NCBI GenBank assembly: GCA_963752285.1
Contig: CAVVXN010000004.1
Location: 185,704-249,703 of the forward strand
Length of the DNA: 64,000 nt
Origin: an uncultured Planctomycetota bacterium
GTDB lineage: Bacteria > Planctomycetota > PLA2 > JAEUHO01
Direction of reading: 5' to 3'
Shown: piece after piece, positions 36,237 to 45,822 of the stretch
Position numbering within the stretch: the first letter of the stretch is position 1
How the letters are laid out: each line of letters opens with the position of its first letter
Notes under the pieces: model-generated
The model's database searches: none
Told to the model about the DNA's origin: nothing
Seen by the model: the letters and a program-made list of their open reading frames with translations, nothing else
Position numbers and translations under genes: made by a program

Positions 36237-37618
36237 CGGTCGGCGGCTCTCGGGCCCGCGACCGCCACCTCGCCGGCGAGCGCGGCGAAGAGACGCCGTC
36301 CCTTCGTGAGCGTCTCCTGCCACTCCGCCTCGGGGTCGGAGCGGAGCGTCACGCCGCCGCCCACCCGGTACGACACCCGCGACCCCGACAGGACGAGCGT
36401 CCGGATCGCCACCGCGAGGTCCATGTCGCCGCCCACGTCGAGCCATCCGACGGCGCCGCAGTACGGACCGCGCGCCTCGCCTTCGATCTCGTCGAGGATC
36501 TCCATCGCGCGAACCTTCGGCGCGCCCGTCACGCTGCCGGGGGGGAACGCGGCCTGAAGGAGGTCCACCCGGTCGAGTCCCGGCGCGAGCCGGCCCGCTA
36601 CGACGCCGATCGCCTGGTGCACCGCCTCGAACCCGAGGAGTCGCCGCGGCACGCGAACGCGCACGGTGCCGGGCCGGCAGGCGCGGCCGAGGTCGTTCCG
36701 GGAGAGGTCCACGATCATCGCGAGCTCGGCCTTCTCCTTCTCCGAGTCGAGGAGGTCGAGGCGGAGCCGCCGGTCCTCGCGCGGCGTCGCCCCACGGGGG
36801 CGCGTCCCCTTCATGGGATCGGTCTCCGCCACGCGTCCGATCACCCGGAGGAAGCGCTCGGGGCTCGCGGAGAGGACCGCGCGGCCCTCGCCCGCGTCCA
36901 CGAAGGTCGCGTACGGCGCGGGATGGAGCGCGATCAGGTGCGCAAAGAGGTCCACCGCCCGCCCCTCGAAGCGCGCGTCGAACCGGTGCGACAGGTTCAC
37001 CTGGAAGATCTCGCCCTCTTCGATCGCGCGCCGGGCCGACGCGACAGCGGCTACGAACGCCGCCCGGTCGGTCCGGCCCCGGGGCGTCCCGGCCCGAAAC
37101 AGGCGGGCGGGGTGCGCCTCCCCCCGGACGCGCGCCACGAGGTCCCGGGCGCGGGCCCGCGCTTCGGCCCGCGTCGCTCCCTCGCCCGCCACGAACGCCA
37201 TCCGACGGCCGTGGTCCCAGAGGAGGGCGGCCGGGTAGCGGGCGAGCCAGACGACCGGGAACCCGCCCGAAGGACGCCGCGCGGCGGGGGTCGACTCGAC
37301 CCCGCTCCGGGCCTCGTACCCGATCCACCCCGCCCAGCCGCCGGCGAAGGGGACCCGCGGGCCCTCCCGGCGGACGCCGAGGGGACGGAGCGGCCGAAGG
37401 ACCTCGCGGAGCGTGCGTCCGCGGGGCCACGCGCGGACCTCGAGCCGATCGACCGGGTCCGCGGCGAGGACCGACCACCGCCGGCCGCGCCCGCCCGCGG
37501 AGGCGGAGAGGCGGAGGAAGGTCCCGGGGCCCGTCGAGACCCGCCGGAGCGCGTCGAGGGGGGCGGGGAGTCGAGCGCGGCGCACGACGACCTCGCGGTG
37601 GGGAGAGGGAACGGCCAC
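36233..37618 (-). CDS. pabB: Aminodeoxychorismate synthase component I / anthranilate synthase I family
   Basis: GWIGYE, GEIFQVNLS, SPERF, PMKGTRPRG, MIVDLSRNDLGR, FPPGSVTGAPK, RGPYCG and AIRT. Confidence 0.8.
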   Translation of the reverse strand: MAVPSPHREVVVRRARLPAPLDALRRVSTGPGTFLRLSASAGGRGRRWSVLAADPVDRLEVRAWPRGRTLREVLRPLRPLGVRREGPRVPFAGGWAGWIGYEARSGVESTPAARRPSGGFPVVWLARYPAALLWDHGRRMAFVAGEGATRAEARARARDLVARVRGEAHPARLFRAGTPRGRTDRAAFVAAVASARRAIEEGEIFQVNLSHRFDARFEGRAVDLFAHLIALHPAPYATFVDAGEGRAVLSASPERFLRVIGRVAETDPMKGTRPRGATPREDRRLRLDLLDSEKEKAELAMIVDLSRNDLGRACRPGTVRVRVPRRLLGFEAVHQAIGVVAGRLAPGLDRVDLLQAAFPPGSVTGAPKVRAMEILDEIEGEARGPYCGAVGWLDVGGDMDLAVAIRTLVLSGSRVSYRVGGGVTLRSDPEAEWQETLTKGRRLFAALAGEVAVAGPRAADR

Positions 37619-37624
37619 CCGGGG

Positions 37625-37779
37625 ATTGTAGGAACACCCCGAATCGGGCCCGCGTTTGCATGCATGGAGGAGAAACCACGGGAGACGCCCTTCACGGCGA
37701 CCCTCCGTGTCCCCACCGGGATCCGGGGTGTCCTCGCGGAGGGACGGGATCCCGGTCGCCTGGGTTCGTTCGTTATGAT
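37625..37779. promoter_or_regulatory. Divergent promoter region with -10-like hexamers and a central hairpin
   Basis: TACAAT on the minus strand (37625-37630), TATGAT on the plus strand (37774-37779) and inverted repeat ACCGGGATCC...GGATCCCGGT (37715-37756). Confidence 0.55.
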
Positions 37780-37812
37780 GGCTCGCCTGGACCCGAGCCA
37801 CGGAGGTTGCCC

Positions 37813-38868
37813 ATGAGATTCCGACCGTCGTCGTCGATCCTGTTTGCGATCGTGGGGCTCGGGGCGTTGGTCCTGTCCGCTCCGGCGCGCGCGGCCACGG
37901 CCCCGAAGACGCCGGAGGAGGCACTGCAGGCGGTCGAGGAGGCGCAGCAGGCGCTGGACCGCTTCGAGAAGGCCCTCGGCTCCTCCCACACGACCACGGA
38001 GACGCTCACGACCGGCCTCGACGAGCTGGTGGACTACTACAAGACGCTCAAGTTCGTCGCGAAGCCCGAGCCCAAGCCCATCCCGGACGGGGCGACCGAG
38101 GAGGAGAAGAAGCAGATCGAGAAGGAGAACTCCGACGCCGAACGCGCCTACGAGCAGATGAAGGACAAGTTCGAGAAGGAGCTCGAGAAGTACAGGAAGG
38201 ACTGCGTGAAGGCGCTCCTCAAGGCGTTGAAGCTCGCCAAGCCCAACGCGAAGACCGAGACGAACGAGCGAGAGGACGTGAACGTCAAGGCCGCGCAGGT
38301 CCTCGCGGACATCGGCGCGCCGAACCCGCCGGAAGGCGAGAAAGCGGCCGCGAAGGACGTCAACCGCGACCTCACCGGCGACATCATCGCCACACTCGAG
38401 AAGGGCGTGTTCAAGGCCAAGGGATACGAGCCCTCCCAGCTCCTCTACGACACCGCGTTCGCGACGCTCGGAAAGCTCAACAACCCCGAGGCGCTCGAGT
38501 GGATGGTCAAGAACTTCACCCACTCGAAGAGCTCGCCCCGCCGCGAGGCCGACAAGCTCGTCGCCGCCCACAAGGCGATGGTGCTGTTCCACGACCAGGA
38601 GGGGAAGCTGCGCTTCGAGGTCGTGAAGGAGATGATCAAGACGTACGCCGGCGTCGAGGCCCAGGCGGAGCAGACGACGAACGACCCGAAGGCCCAGACC
38701 ATGAAGCAGTTCTGGGACCGGATCAAGAACGACGCGATCAAGGTCGTGCAGTACTACGCGCTCGAGCCGAAGGACACGGACGGCCAGCTCCTCGCGAAGA
38801 TGAGCGACTTCCAGAACTGGTTCCGCGACCACGACAACGTGCGGAAGGCCCCGTGGAGGGACGCGTAG
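37813..38868 (+). CDS. Secreted Lys/Glu-rich helical hypothetical protein
   Basis: GGAGG then ATG 37813, a signal peptide ending ARA and clean codon usage. Confidence 0.8.
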   Translation: MRFRPSSSILFAIVGLGALVLSAPARAATAPKTPEEALQAVEEAQQALDRFEKALGSSHTTTETLTTGLDELVDYYKTLKFVAKPEPKPIPDGATEEEKKQIEKENSDAERAYEQMKDKFEKELEKYRKDCVKALLKALKLAKPNAKTETNEREDVNVKAAQVLADIGAPNPPEGEKAAAKDVNRDLTGDIIATLEKGVFKAKGYEPSQLLYDTAFATLGKLNNPEALEWMVKNFTHSKSSPRREADKLVAAHKAMVLFHDQEGKLRFEVVKEMIKTYAGVEAQAEQTTNDPKAQTMKQFWDRIKNDAIKVVQYYALEPKDTDGQLLAKMSDFQNWFRDHDNVRKAPWRDA

Positions 38869-38879
38869 TCCCCGACCGC

Positions 38880-39605
38880 ATGAGCGACCCCCCGGGTTTC
38901 CCCCTGCGCCGGCCGGGCCGCCCCCGGACGGTCGAGAACGCGGACTGGACCCCGGCGGTCCTCGTGGTCGCCACCATCTGCGTGACCGTCGTCGCCGTGG
39001 TGCTGATCGCGACGCCGTGGCTCCGGGGTCTTCTCGGATCGCGTCCCGGGCCCGGGATCGCCCGCCACCGCCTCACGCCGCAGGTCACGGTGTGGGTGGG
39101 CGACATCGTGCCGGGCGTGCGTGCGGTCCTCGGGACGGTGTGGGGCGAGGCGGCGCCGGACACCCTCCACGACGCGCGGCTGAACGCCGGGCTCGGGGTG
39201 GCGCCCGACCACGCGCTCGCCTTCTACCGCCTGCTCCTCTTCAACACGTCGTCCGAGGACCGGGACGTGGCGCTCCGGGACGGGGCCCTCGTGGTGCGGC
39301 CGGCGGGCGCGGGCGAGCCCGCGCGGCTCCTCGACCTGTCCGACCTGCTCGGCCGGGGCGAGGCGACGGTCTCGCCCGCGCTCCGCGTGGTCCTGGAGGG
39401 CGAAGGCACGCTCCGGCCGCGCGTCTCGCTGCCCGCGGGACGGATGGCCGATCTGATCGTGCCGTTCGACCGGCGCGTGGGGCTCGAGGACGCCCAGGAC
39501 GTCGAGACCGGGGACGGAACGGCCTTCGCGCGCCGTCAGATGAACCGGGTGGACCTCGAGGCGCTGATGGTGTCCCCGGACCAAGCGAGCATACAGAAGC
39601 TCTGA
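38880..39605 (+). CDS. Hypothetical single-TM protein
   Basis: ATG 38880 and an N-terminal hydrophobic helix. The stop overlaps the next start. Confidence 0.7.
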   Translation: MSDPPGFPLRRPGRPRTVENADWTPAVLVVATICVTVVAVVLIATPWLRGLLGSRPGPGIARHRLTPQVTVWVGDIVPGVRAVLGTVWGEAAPDTLHDARLNAGLGVAPDHALAFYRLLLFNTSSEDRDVALRDGALVVRPAGAGEPARLLDLSDLLGRGEATVSPALRVVLEGEGTLRPRVSLPAGRMADLIVPFDRRVGLEDAQDVETGDGTAFARRQMNRVDLEALMVSPDQASIQKL

Positions 39606-40930
39606 TGACCGAGCCGTGGGTCGAGGAGAGCCGCCGGGACCGCCCCGAGATCGCCGAAGGGAGCGGGGAGGACGTGGACCGCGCGCCGCCCGCCCGGTCG
39701 CTGGCGCAGGCGGGCGCCGCGCCCGAGGTCGTGCGCGACCTCGCGATCGCGTTCCGCACGAGCGCGGAGGCCATCGAGGGCGTGCGCGACCTCCAGGCGG
39801 AGCTCGTGAAGGCGCTGAAGCGCCAGGACCGCTCGGAGCTGGTGCTCCAGTCCACGCAGGCGCTGAACGAGACGTTTCGCAATCTCACGACGGTCCAGCG
39901 CGCGCTCCTCGAGCGGCTCGACGAGCCCCGCCGCTCGGGCGGCGGGCGCCTCGTGCCGCTGATGCTGATCGGTCTGCTCGTCGCGTTCCTCGCCGGCACG
40001 TGGCTGGTGGCGTCGGTGCTCGAGCAGCTGCGGGTCGAGCGGGGCGGCCAGGCGCGTCTCGTCGTCGATGCGGCCGATCGCGCCGTCGCCTCGTACCGCG
40101 AAGGCGTGGACGCGCACGAGGCCGAGAGCACGCGCGCGATCGACGTCCTGGAGGAGCAGGTCCACCAGCTGCGCGAGCACGAGCAGGCGCTGCAGAAGCA
40201 GCTCGGGGATCAGGGCGGCGAGAGCGCGGACCTCCTGAAGCAGCTGAAGACGCTCGAGGGAGAGCGCGACGACCTGGCTCGGCAGATCCGGGCGGCGCGC
40301 GACCAGGTGGTCGCGAAGCAGGCGATGGAGTCGGACCTCGTGGAGGCGAACGGGAAGATCGCGGTCCTCGAGCCGCGGCTCACGTCGCTCCAGCAGGAGC
40401 TCGACCAGCAGAAGAGCGAGACGTCGCGGCTCCGCAAGCGGCTCGCCGCGTTCGACGCGGGTCTCCCCGACCCGGAGGGCGAGACGAAGAAGCCCGAAGC
40501 GGCGCCCAAGACGGCGTCCGACGCGCCCGCGCCCCTGCCCGAGAAGCCCATCGACCGCGACCCGAACCTGCTCGCCAAGATCCGGGATCGCATCAACGAG
40601 ATGCTCGACCAGGGCTCCCGTCCCCGCGAGAGCCTCTGGCAGGTGACGCGCATGGACGGCGTCACGACCGACGGCCTCGTGGACGTCATCGCGATGCGGT
40701 ACGAGCGCGCGACGGGCCGGCTCCTCGCCCAGGTCACCGCACGGGAGGCCGGTTTCGAGGTCCGGCGCGGCGACCGCGCGGTGGACCTGACCTTCAAGCG
40801 GGGCACGGTCCACGACGCAGCGGGGACGCGCGACCTGCCCGCCGCCGGACTCGTGGAACGCGTCGCGGACGGCGAGATGTACCGGCTCTGGAGCCAGAGC
40901 GGGCTGCTCTTCGTGCGCACGCTCCCTTGA
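39605..40930 (+). CDS. Hypothetical membrane-anchored coiled-coil protein
   Basis: ATG 39605 (TGATG coupling), one TM helix (LVPLMLIGLLVAFLAGTWLV) and long heptad-rich regions. Confidence 0.75.
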   Translation: MTEPWVEESRRDRPEIAEGSGEDVDRAPPARSLAQAGAAPEVVRDLAIAFRTSAEAIEGVRDLQAELVKALKRQDRSELVLQSTQALNETFRNLTTVQRALLERLDEPRRSGGGRLVPLMLIGLLVAFLAGTWLVASVLEQLRVERGGQARLVVDAADRAVASYREGVDAHEAESTRAIDVLEEQVHQLREHEQALQKQLGDQGGESADLLKQLKTLEGERDDLARQIRAARDQVVAKQAMESDLVEANGKIAVLEPRLTSLQQELDQQKSETSRLRKRLAAFDAGLPDPEGETKKPEAAPKTASDAPAPLPEKPIDRDPNLLAKIRDRINEMLDQGSRPRESLWQVTRMDGVTTDGLVDVIAMRYERATGRLLAQVTAREAGFEVRRGDRAVDLTFKRGTVHDAAGTRDLPAAGLVERVADGEMYRLWSQSGLLFVRTLP

Positions 40931-41019
40931 CCGGGGTCGGGCCGGAGCGTACGGTCCCGCGATCCGCGCGCCGGGCGTCGCGCGCGCCCACGTGGACTGG
41001 GAGTCCTCGGAACCCGTCG

Positions 41020-42567
41020 ATGGACGTGCTCTGGATCGGCAGCGGAACCGTCGCGGCCGGCCTCGCCGGCCTGCTCGGGCGTGCGTGGCGGCAGCGCCGA
41101 GTGGCGGCGCGCGAGCGCGACGCGGAGATCCGCCGCGAGGTCGCCGAGATCGAGGCCCACCGCCGCACGTCGGCGGCGCAGGAGGCGGCGCTGCAGGACG
41201 CGGCGCGCGCCGTCGCGCGGCTCGAGTCGTCGCTGGCGCGGCGCGAGGACGCCCTCGAGCGCGCGGAGAACGACCTGCACCAGCGCGCGGCGACGCTCAC
41301 GCGCCACGAGGCCGACGTCGCCGCCGAGACCGAGCGCCTTCGCGCCGCGCGCGAGGATCTCGAGCGCCGGGCCTCGGAGGTGGGCGTGCTCGAGGCCGAG
41401 GCCCGTCGGACCGTCGAGGAGACGCGCGCGCGGTGGGGGCGGGCCGCGGACCTGGACCCGGAGGAGGCGCGGCGGCTCCTGCTCGAGACGCTGGATCACG
41501 ACCTCGAGTCGGAGTGCGCGCGGCGTGTGCACGTGTCGATCGCGGCGGCGCGCGCGGAGGCGGAGCACCGCGCGCGCGACATCGTCGTCACCGCGATCCA
41601 GCGGCTCGCCGTCGAGCAGTGCGGCGAGGCGACCGTCACCCGCGTCGCGATCCCGTCCGACGAGTGGAAGGGCCGCGTGATCGGACGCGAGGGACGGAAC
41701 GTCCGCGCGCTCGAGGCGGCCACCGGCTGCGACATCGTGGTGGACGACACGCCGGGCGCGGTCCTCGTCTGCGGCTACGACGGCGTGCGCCGCGAGGTCG
41801 CGCGTCGCGCGCTCGAACGTCTGCTCGACGAGGGCCGCCTGCAGCCCGGACGGATCGAGGAGGTCGTCGCCGAGGAGCGCGAGCGTGTCGAGGAGATGCT
41901 CGACGAGGCCGGCCGCGAGGCCGCGGCCCTCTCGGGCGTCCACGACCTGGCGCCGGAGATCCTGTCGGTCCTGGGGCGGCTCCAGTTCCGAACGTCGTAC
42001 GGGCAGAACGTGCTCCGGCACTCGACGGAGGTCGCGCTCCTGTGCGGGCTGATGGCCGCCGAGCTGGGCCTCGACCCGGCGCTCGCACGCCGCGCGGGGC
42101 TCCTCCACGACCTCGGAAAGGGCCTCGACCACCACCTGGAGGGCCCGCACCACGACATCGCGGGTCGCGTGCTCCGGCGCCACGGCGAGGACGAGGCGGT
42201 CGCGACGGCCGTGGAAGCCCACCACGACACGGGCGACCGCCTCGACGCGTACGCCGCGCTCGTCCAGGTCGCCGACGCGATCAGCGCGTCCCGTCCGGGC
42301 GCGCGCCGCGAGAGCGCCGAGCGCTACATCGAACGGCTCGCGGAGCTCGAGCGCATCGCGACGCGCTTCCCGGGGGTCGAGCGGGCGTACGCGGTCCACG
42401 CGGGTCGCGAGGTCCGCGTGCTCGTGGACGCGGCCGCGGTGGACGACGTCGGCGCCTCCGGGCTCGCGTGGGAGGTCGCGCGCGCGATCGAGAGGGACCT
42501 CGCCTGGAAGGGCGAGATCCGCGTGACCGTGATCCGCGAGGTCCGCGCGGTCGAGACGGCGAGGTAG
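41020..42567 (+). CDS. rny: Ribonuclease Y
   Basis: N-terminal TM helix, coiled coil, KH motif KGRVIGREGRNVR, RTSYGQNVLRHS, HD motif LLHDLGK and ADAISASRPGAR. Confidence 0.95.
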   Translation: MDVLWIGSGTVAAGLAGLLGRAWRQRRVAARERDAEIRREVAEIEAHRRTSAAQEAALQDAARAVARLESSLARREDALERAENDLHQRAATLTRHEADVAAETERLRAAREDLERRASEVGVLEAEARRTVEETRARWGRAADLDPEEARRLLLETLDHDLESECARRVHVSIAAARAEAEHRARDIVVTAIQRLAVEQCGEATVTRVAIPSDEWKGRVIGREGRNVRALEAATGCDIVVDDTPGAVLVCGYDGVRREVARRALERLLDEGRLQPGRIEEVVAEERERVEEMLDEAGREAAALSGVHDLAPEILSVLGRLQFRTSYGQNVLRHSTEVALLCGLMAAELGLDPALARRAGLLHDLGKGLDHHLEGPHHDIAGRVLRRHGEDEAVATAVEAHHDTGDRLDAYAALVQVADAISASRPGARRESAERYIERLAELERIATRFPGVERAYAVHAGREVRVLVDAAAVDDVGASGLAWEVARAIERDLAWKGEIRVTVIREVRAVETAR

Positions 42568-42569
42568 CG

Positions 42570-43370
42570 GTGGCTTTCCGCATCCTGGCGATCGGCGACG
42601 TCGTGGGGCGGCCCGGCCGGGAGGTGCTGCGGCACTTCGTGCCCCGGCTCCGCGAGGCGCGTGGCGTGGACTTCGTGGTGGCCAACGCCGAGAACGCTGC
42701 GTCGGGCAGCGGCATCACCGAGAAGATCTATCGCGAGATCCGCGGCTACGGCGTGGACGTGCTCACGATGGGGGACCATGCGTACCACCGCCGCGAGGCG
42801 CTGCCCGTCTTCGAGAGAGAGGAGCGCTTGCTCCGGCCCGCGAACTGGCCCGCGAGCTCGCCGGGCCGCGGCGTCTGCGTCGTCGAGTCGCGCGGTGGCG
42901 TGCGTGTCGCCGTGATCCATCTCCAGGGCAAGGTCTTCATGAACGCCTGGGGCGATTTCTTCGAGGAGGCCGACCGGCAGCTCGACCAGCTCCGCGGACG
43001 TGCGGACGTGATCGTGGTGGACATGCACGCGGAGGCGACGAGCGAAAAGGTCGCACTCTCGTGGTACCTCGACGGGCGGGTCTCGCTGATCTTCGGGTCG
43101 CACACGCACGTCCCCACGGCGGACGCGGTCGTTCGCCCGAAGGGCACCGCGTACATCACCGACTGCGGCATGACGGGCCCCTACGACGGGGTGATCGGCC
43201 GGGTGAAGGAAGTCGTGATCAAGAAGATGCGGACGAACGTCCACGAGCCCTTCGAGGTGGCCGAGAAGGACCGACGGCTCGGCGCGGTCGTGTGCACCGT
43301 AGACGAACGCACGGGCCGCGCGACCGAGGTCGAGGGGATGTGGGTGGGGCTGCCGGACGGCCAGGCGTAG
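42570..43370 (+). CDS. ymdB: YmdB-family metallophosphoesterase
   Basis: IGDVVGRPG, ANAEN, DMHAEATSEK, GSHTHV and YITDCGMTGP. Adjacent to rny. Confidence 0.9.
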   Translation: MAFRILAIGDVVGRPGREVLRHFVPRLREARGVDFVVANAENAASGSGITEKIYREIRGYGVDVLTMGDHAYHRREALPVFEREERLLRPANWPASSPGRGVCVVESRGGVRVAVIHLQGKVFMNAWGDFFEEADRQLDQLRGRADVIVVDMHAEATSEKVALSWYLDGRVSLIFGSHTHVPTADAVVRPKGTAYITDCGMTGPYDGVIGRVKEVVIKKMRTNVHEPFEVAEKDRRLGAVVCTVDERTGRATEVEGMWVGLPDGQA

Positions 43371-43407
43371 GCCGGGGCGGAGTCGGCGTCCCGTACCGAG
43401 CGACGGG

Positions 43408-43437
43408 ACGAGCACGAGCACGAGCACGAGCGCGAGC
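43408..43437. repeat. Hexamer tandem repeat (ACGAGC)x4 plus GCGAGC
   Basis: Read directly in the ymdB-xseA intergenic region. Confidence 0.8.
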
Positions 43438-43546
43438 TCGCGTGCCGAGCGGGCTCCCGGCGGTGGCGGGGAGCCCGGGTGTTCGAAGCGCGCGCTCGTT
43501 CGCGTTTGCGTGAAGCGGGGGCCGCCCCCGGGTACCCTTCTTCGCC

Positions 43547-44917
43547 GTGGGTCTACCGCTTCCCGCTACCGAGGCCGTCCTCAGCGTCTCCGAGCTGACG
43601 CACCGGATCCGTGACCTGCTCGGCCTCTCGATCGGGGAGGTGTGGGTCCGCGGCGAGGTCGGCCGGGTGACGTACCACGGCTCCGGGCACGTGTACCTGA
43701 GCCTCAAGGACGACGGAGCGGTGCTCGAAGCCGCGATCTGGCGCTCGCAGGCCTCACGGCTCCGCTTCCGCCTGGAGGAGGGGCAGGAGGTGCTCGCGCA
43801 GGGCTCGATCGACGTCTACGCGCCCCGCGGCGCGTACAAGCTGATCGTCCATCGGATCGAGCCCGTGGGTGAGGGCGCGCTCCGGCTCGCCTTCGAGCAG
43901 CTGAAGCGTCGGCTCGAATCCGAGGGTCTGTTCGCGCCGGAGCGCAAGCGCCCGCTCCCGCTCCTCCCGCGCCGGATCGCCCTCGTGACGAGCCGGACGG
44001 GCGCCGCGGTCCGCGACCTCGTGACCGTGATCCAGCGCCGCCTGCCGTCGGTCTGCCTCTGCCTCGTCGCGACGCGCGTGCAGGGCGAGGGCGCGGGCCG
44101 CGAGATCGCCGCCGCGATCGAGCGTGCGGACCGCGAGGCGCGGGCGGACGTGGTCGTGGTGGCGCGGGGCGGCGGTTCGCTCGAGGACCTCTGGGCCTTC
44201 AACGAGGAGGTCGTGGCCCGCGCCATCGCCGCCTCGCGGGTGCCCGTCGTGAGCGCGGTCGGCCACGAGACGGACGTGACGATCGCCGACCTCGTGGCCG
44301 ACCTGCGCGCCGCCACGCCCTCCCACGCCGGCGAGCTCGTCGTCCCCGCGCGCGCCGACCTCCTGCACCGGCTCGACCAGGTCTCTCGGCGGCTCGAACG
44401 GGCGCTCCGACGAACCGTGGACCTCGCGTGGCAGCGCCTGGAGGCGCTCGCCGGCCGCCCGGCGCTCGCGGACGGCGTGCTGATCGCGCGCCAAGCAGGG
44501 GCGCCCCTCGCCCACCTCGCCGCGCGCCTCGCGGCGCAGAACCCGATCGCGCGGTGTCGCGCCCGGCGCGAGGCCGTCGAGTCGCTCGGCGCGCGCCTCG
44601 CGCGGCCGCTTCGCGCGCGCGTGGACCGGACCCGAGTCCGGCTCGACGACCTCGCCGCCGACGCGCGACGCGCGGTCCATCTGCGGCTCGAGGGCGACCG
44701 ACGCCGGGTCGCCGGCCTCGACGACCGCCTCCGCGCGCTCTCGCCGCTGCTCGTGCTCCGGCGCGGCTACGCGATCGCGACGCGCGAGGACGGCGCCGTC
44801 CTGCGCCGCGGCACGGACGTCTCGCCCGGCGAGGCGATCCGCGTGCGGGTCGAGGACGGGGCGCGGATCCGCGCGCGCGTCGAGGCGGTCGAGCCGCCGC
44901 TCGGAGAGACCCCGTGA
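43547..44917 (+). CDS. xseA: Exodeoxyribonuclease VII large subunit
   Basis: VWVRGEV, SGHVYLSLKD, ARGGGSLEDLWAFNEE, SAVGHETD and TPS. Confidence 0.95.
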   Translation: MGLPLPATEAVLSVSELTHRIRDLLGLSIGEVWVRGEVGRVTYHGSGHVYLSLKDDGAVLEAAIWRSQASRLRFRLEEGQEVLAQGSIDVYAPRGAYKLIVHRIEPVGEGALRLAFEQLKRRLESEGLFAPERKRPLPLLPRRIALVTSRTGAAVRDLVTVIQRRLPSVCLCLVATRVQGEGAGREIAAAIERADREARADVVVVARGGGSLEDLWAFNEEVVARAIAASRVPVVSAVGHETDVTIADLVADLRAATPSHAGELVVPARADLLHRLDQVSRRLERALRRTVDLAWQRLEALAGRPALADGVLIARQAGAPLAHLAARLAAQNPIARCRARREAVESLGARLARPLRARVDRTRVRLDDLAADARRAVHLRLEGDRRRVAGLDDRLRALSPLLVLRRGYAIATREDGAVLRRGTDVSPGEAIRVRVEDGARIRARVEAVEPPLGETP

Positions 44918-45822
44918 GCCCGGCGGCGCCGCTGCGCATCGGCTCGAGGAAGAGCCCGCTCGCCCGCGCGCAGACGGAGTGGTTCGCGGAGCGGCTCGAC
45001 GTGGCCCTCTCGCTCGTCTGGATCACGAGCCACGGCGACGTGGACCGTACGTCGAAGCTGGCGGGACTCGCCGGCACGGGGTTCTTCACCGCGGCCCTCC
45101 ACGAGGCGCTCTTCGCCGACCGGATCGACGCCGCGGTGCACAGCCTGAAGGACCTGCCCGCGGCCGAGGAGGAGGGCGTGGTCCTCGCGTGCGTTCCCGT
45201 GCGGGAGGACCCGCGCGACGTCGTCGTGACGCGGGGCGACGTGCCGTTCGATCGCCTGCCGCGCGGCGCACGGGTCGGGACCGGGAGCCCGCGCCGCGCC
45301 GCGCAGCTCCTGCGTGCGCGTCCCGACCTCGCCCTGCAGTCGATCCGCGGCAACGTGGACACGCGCCTCGCCTATGTGAAGGACGGCCGCCTGGACGCGG
45401 TCGTGCTCGCGCTCGCGGGCCTTCGGCGGCTCGGCCACGAGTCGGTCGTGAGCGACGTGCTCGACCCCGAGGTCTGCCTCCCCGCGGCCGGCCAGGGCGC
45501 GCTCGGCATCACGGTCCGCAAGGACGACGCCGCGGCGGAGGCGGCGGTCGCCGGCCAGCGCGACGTCCGCGCCGCGGCCGCGGTCGCCGCGGAGCGCGCG
45601 GCGCTGCACGGGCTCGGCGCGGGCTGCCACGCCCCCGTCGGCGCGCTCGCGGCGGTCGAGGACGGGCGGGTCCGCCTGCGCGTCCGCGTCGTCTCGCTCG
45701 ACGGGCGCCGGGCCATCGAGCGCGAGGAGTCGGGACCGATCGGCGAGGCCGCCCTGGTCGGACGGCGCGCCGCCGCGGGGCTCCTCGACGCGGGCGCGGC
45801 GCCCCTGGTCGCGGCGACGTGA
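44914..45822 (+). CDS. hemC: Hydroxymethylbilane synthase
   Basis: IGSRKSPLARAQ, AVHSLKDLP, REDPRD, RGNVDTRL and GAGCHAPVG. Confidence 0.95.
   Translation: MSPAAPLRIGSRKSPLARAQTEWFAERLDVALSLVWITSHGDVDRTSKLAGLAGTGFFTAALHEALFADRIDAAVHSLKDLPAAEEEGVVLACVPVREDPRDVVVTRGDVPFDRLPRGARVGTGSPRRAAQLLRARPDLALQSIRGNVDTRLAYVKDGRLDAVVLALAGLRRLGHESVVSDVLDPEVCLPAAGQGALGITVRKDDAAAEAAVAGQRDVRAAAAVAAERAALHGLGAGCHAPVGALAAVEDGRVRLRVRVVSLDGRRAIEREESGPIGEAALVGRRAAAGLLDAGAAPLVAAT

Noticed and set aside
32139..37924. ORF-track entries suggesting giant fusions (33953, 35302, 35976 and 37679 starts)
   Set aside because: The upstream parts are shadow translations across the neighbouring gene. Each gene has its own start at a 4-bp overlap or RBS.
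40931..41019. 6S RNA upstream of rny
   Set aside because: The gap is only 89 bp, too short, and has no recognisable 6S structure.
44917..44940. xseB after xseA, and hemA within the hem cluster
   Set aside because: hemC starts directly at 44914 and neither gene is in the window. Both are often located elsewhere, so the absence is not informative.
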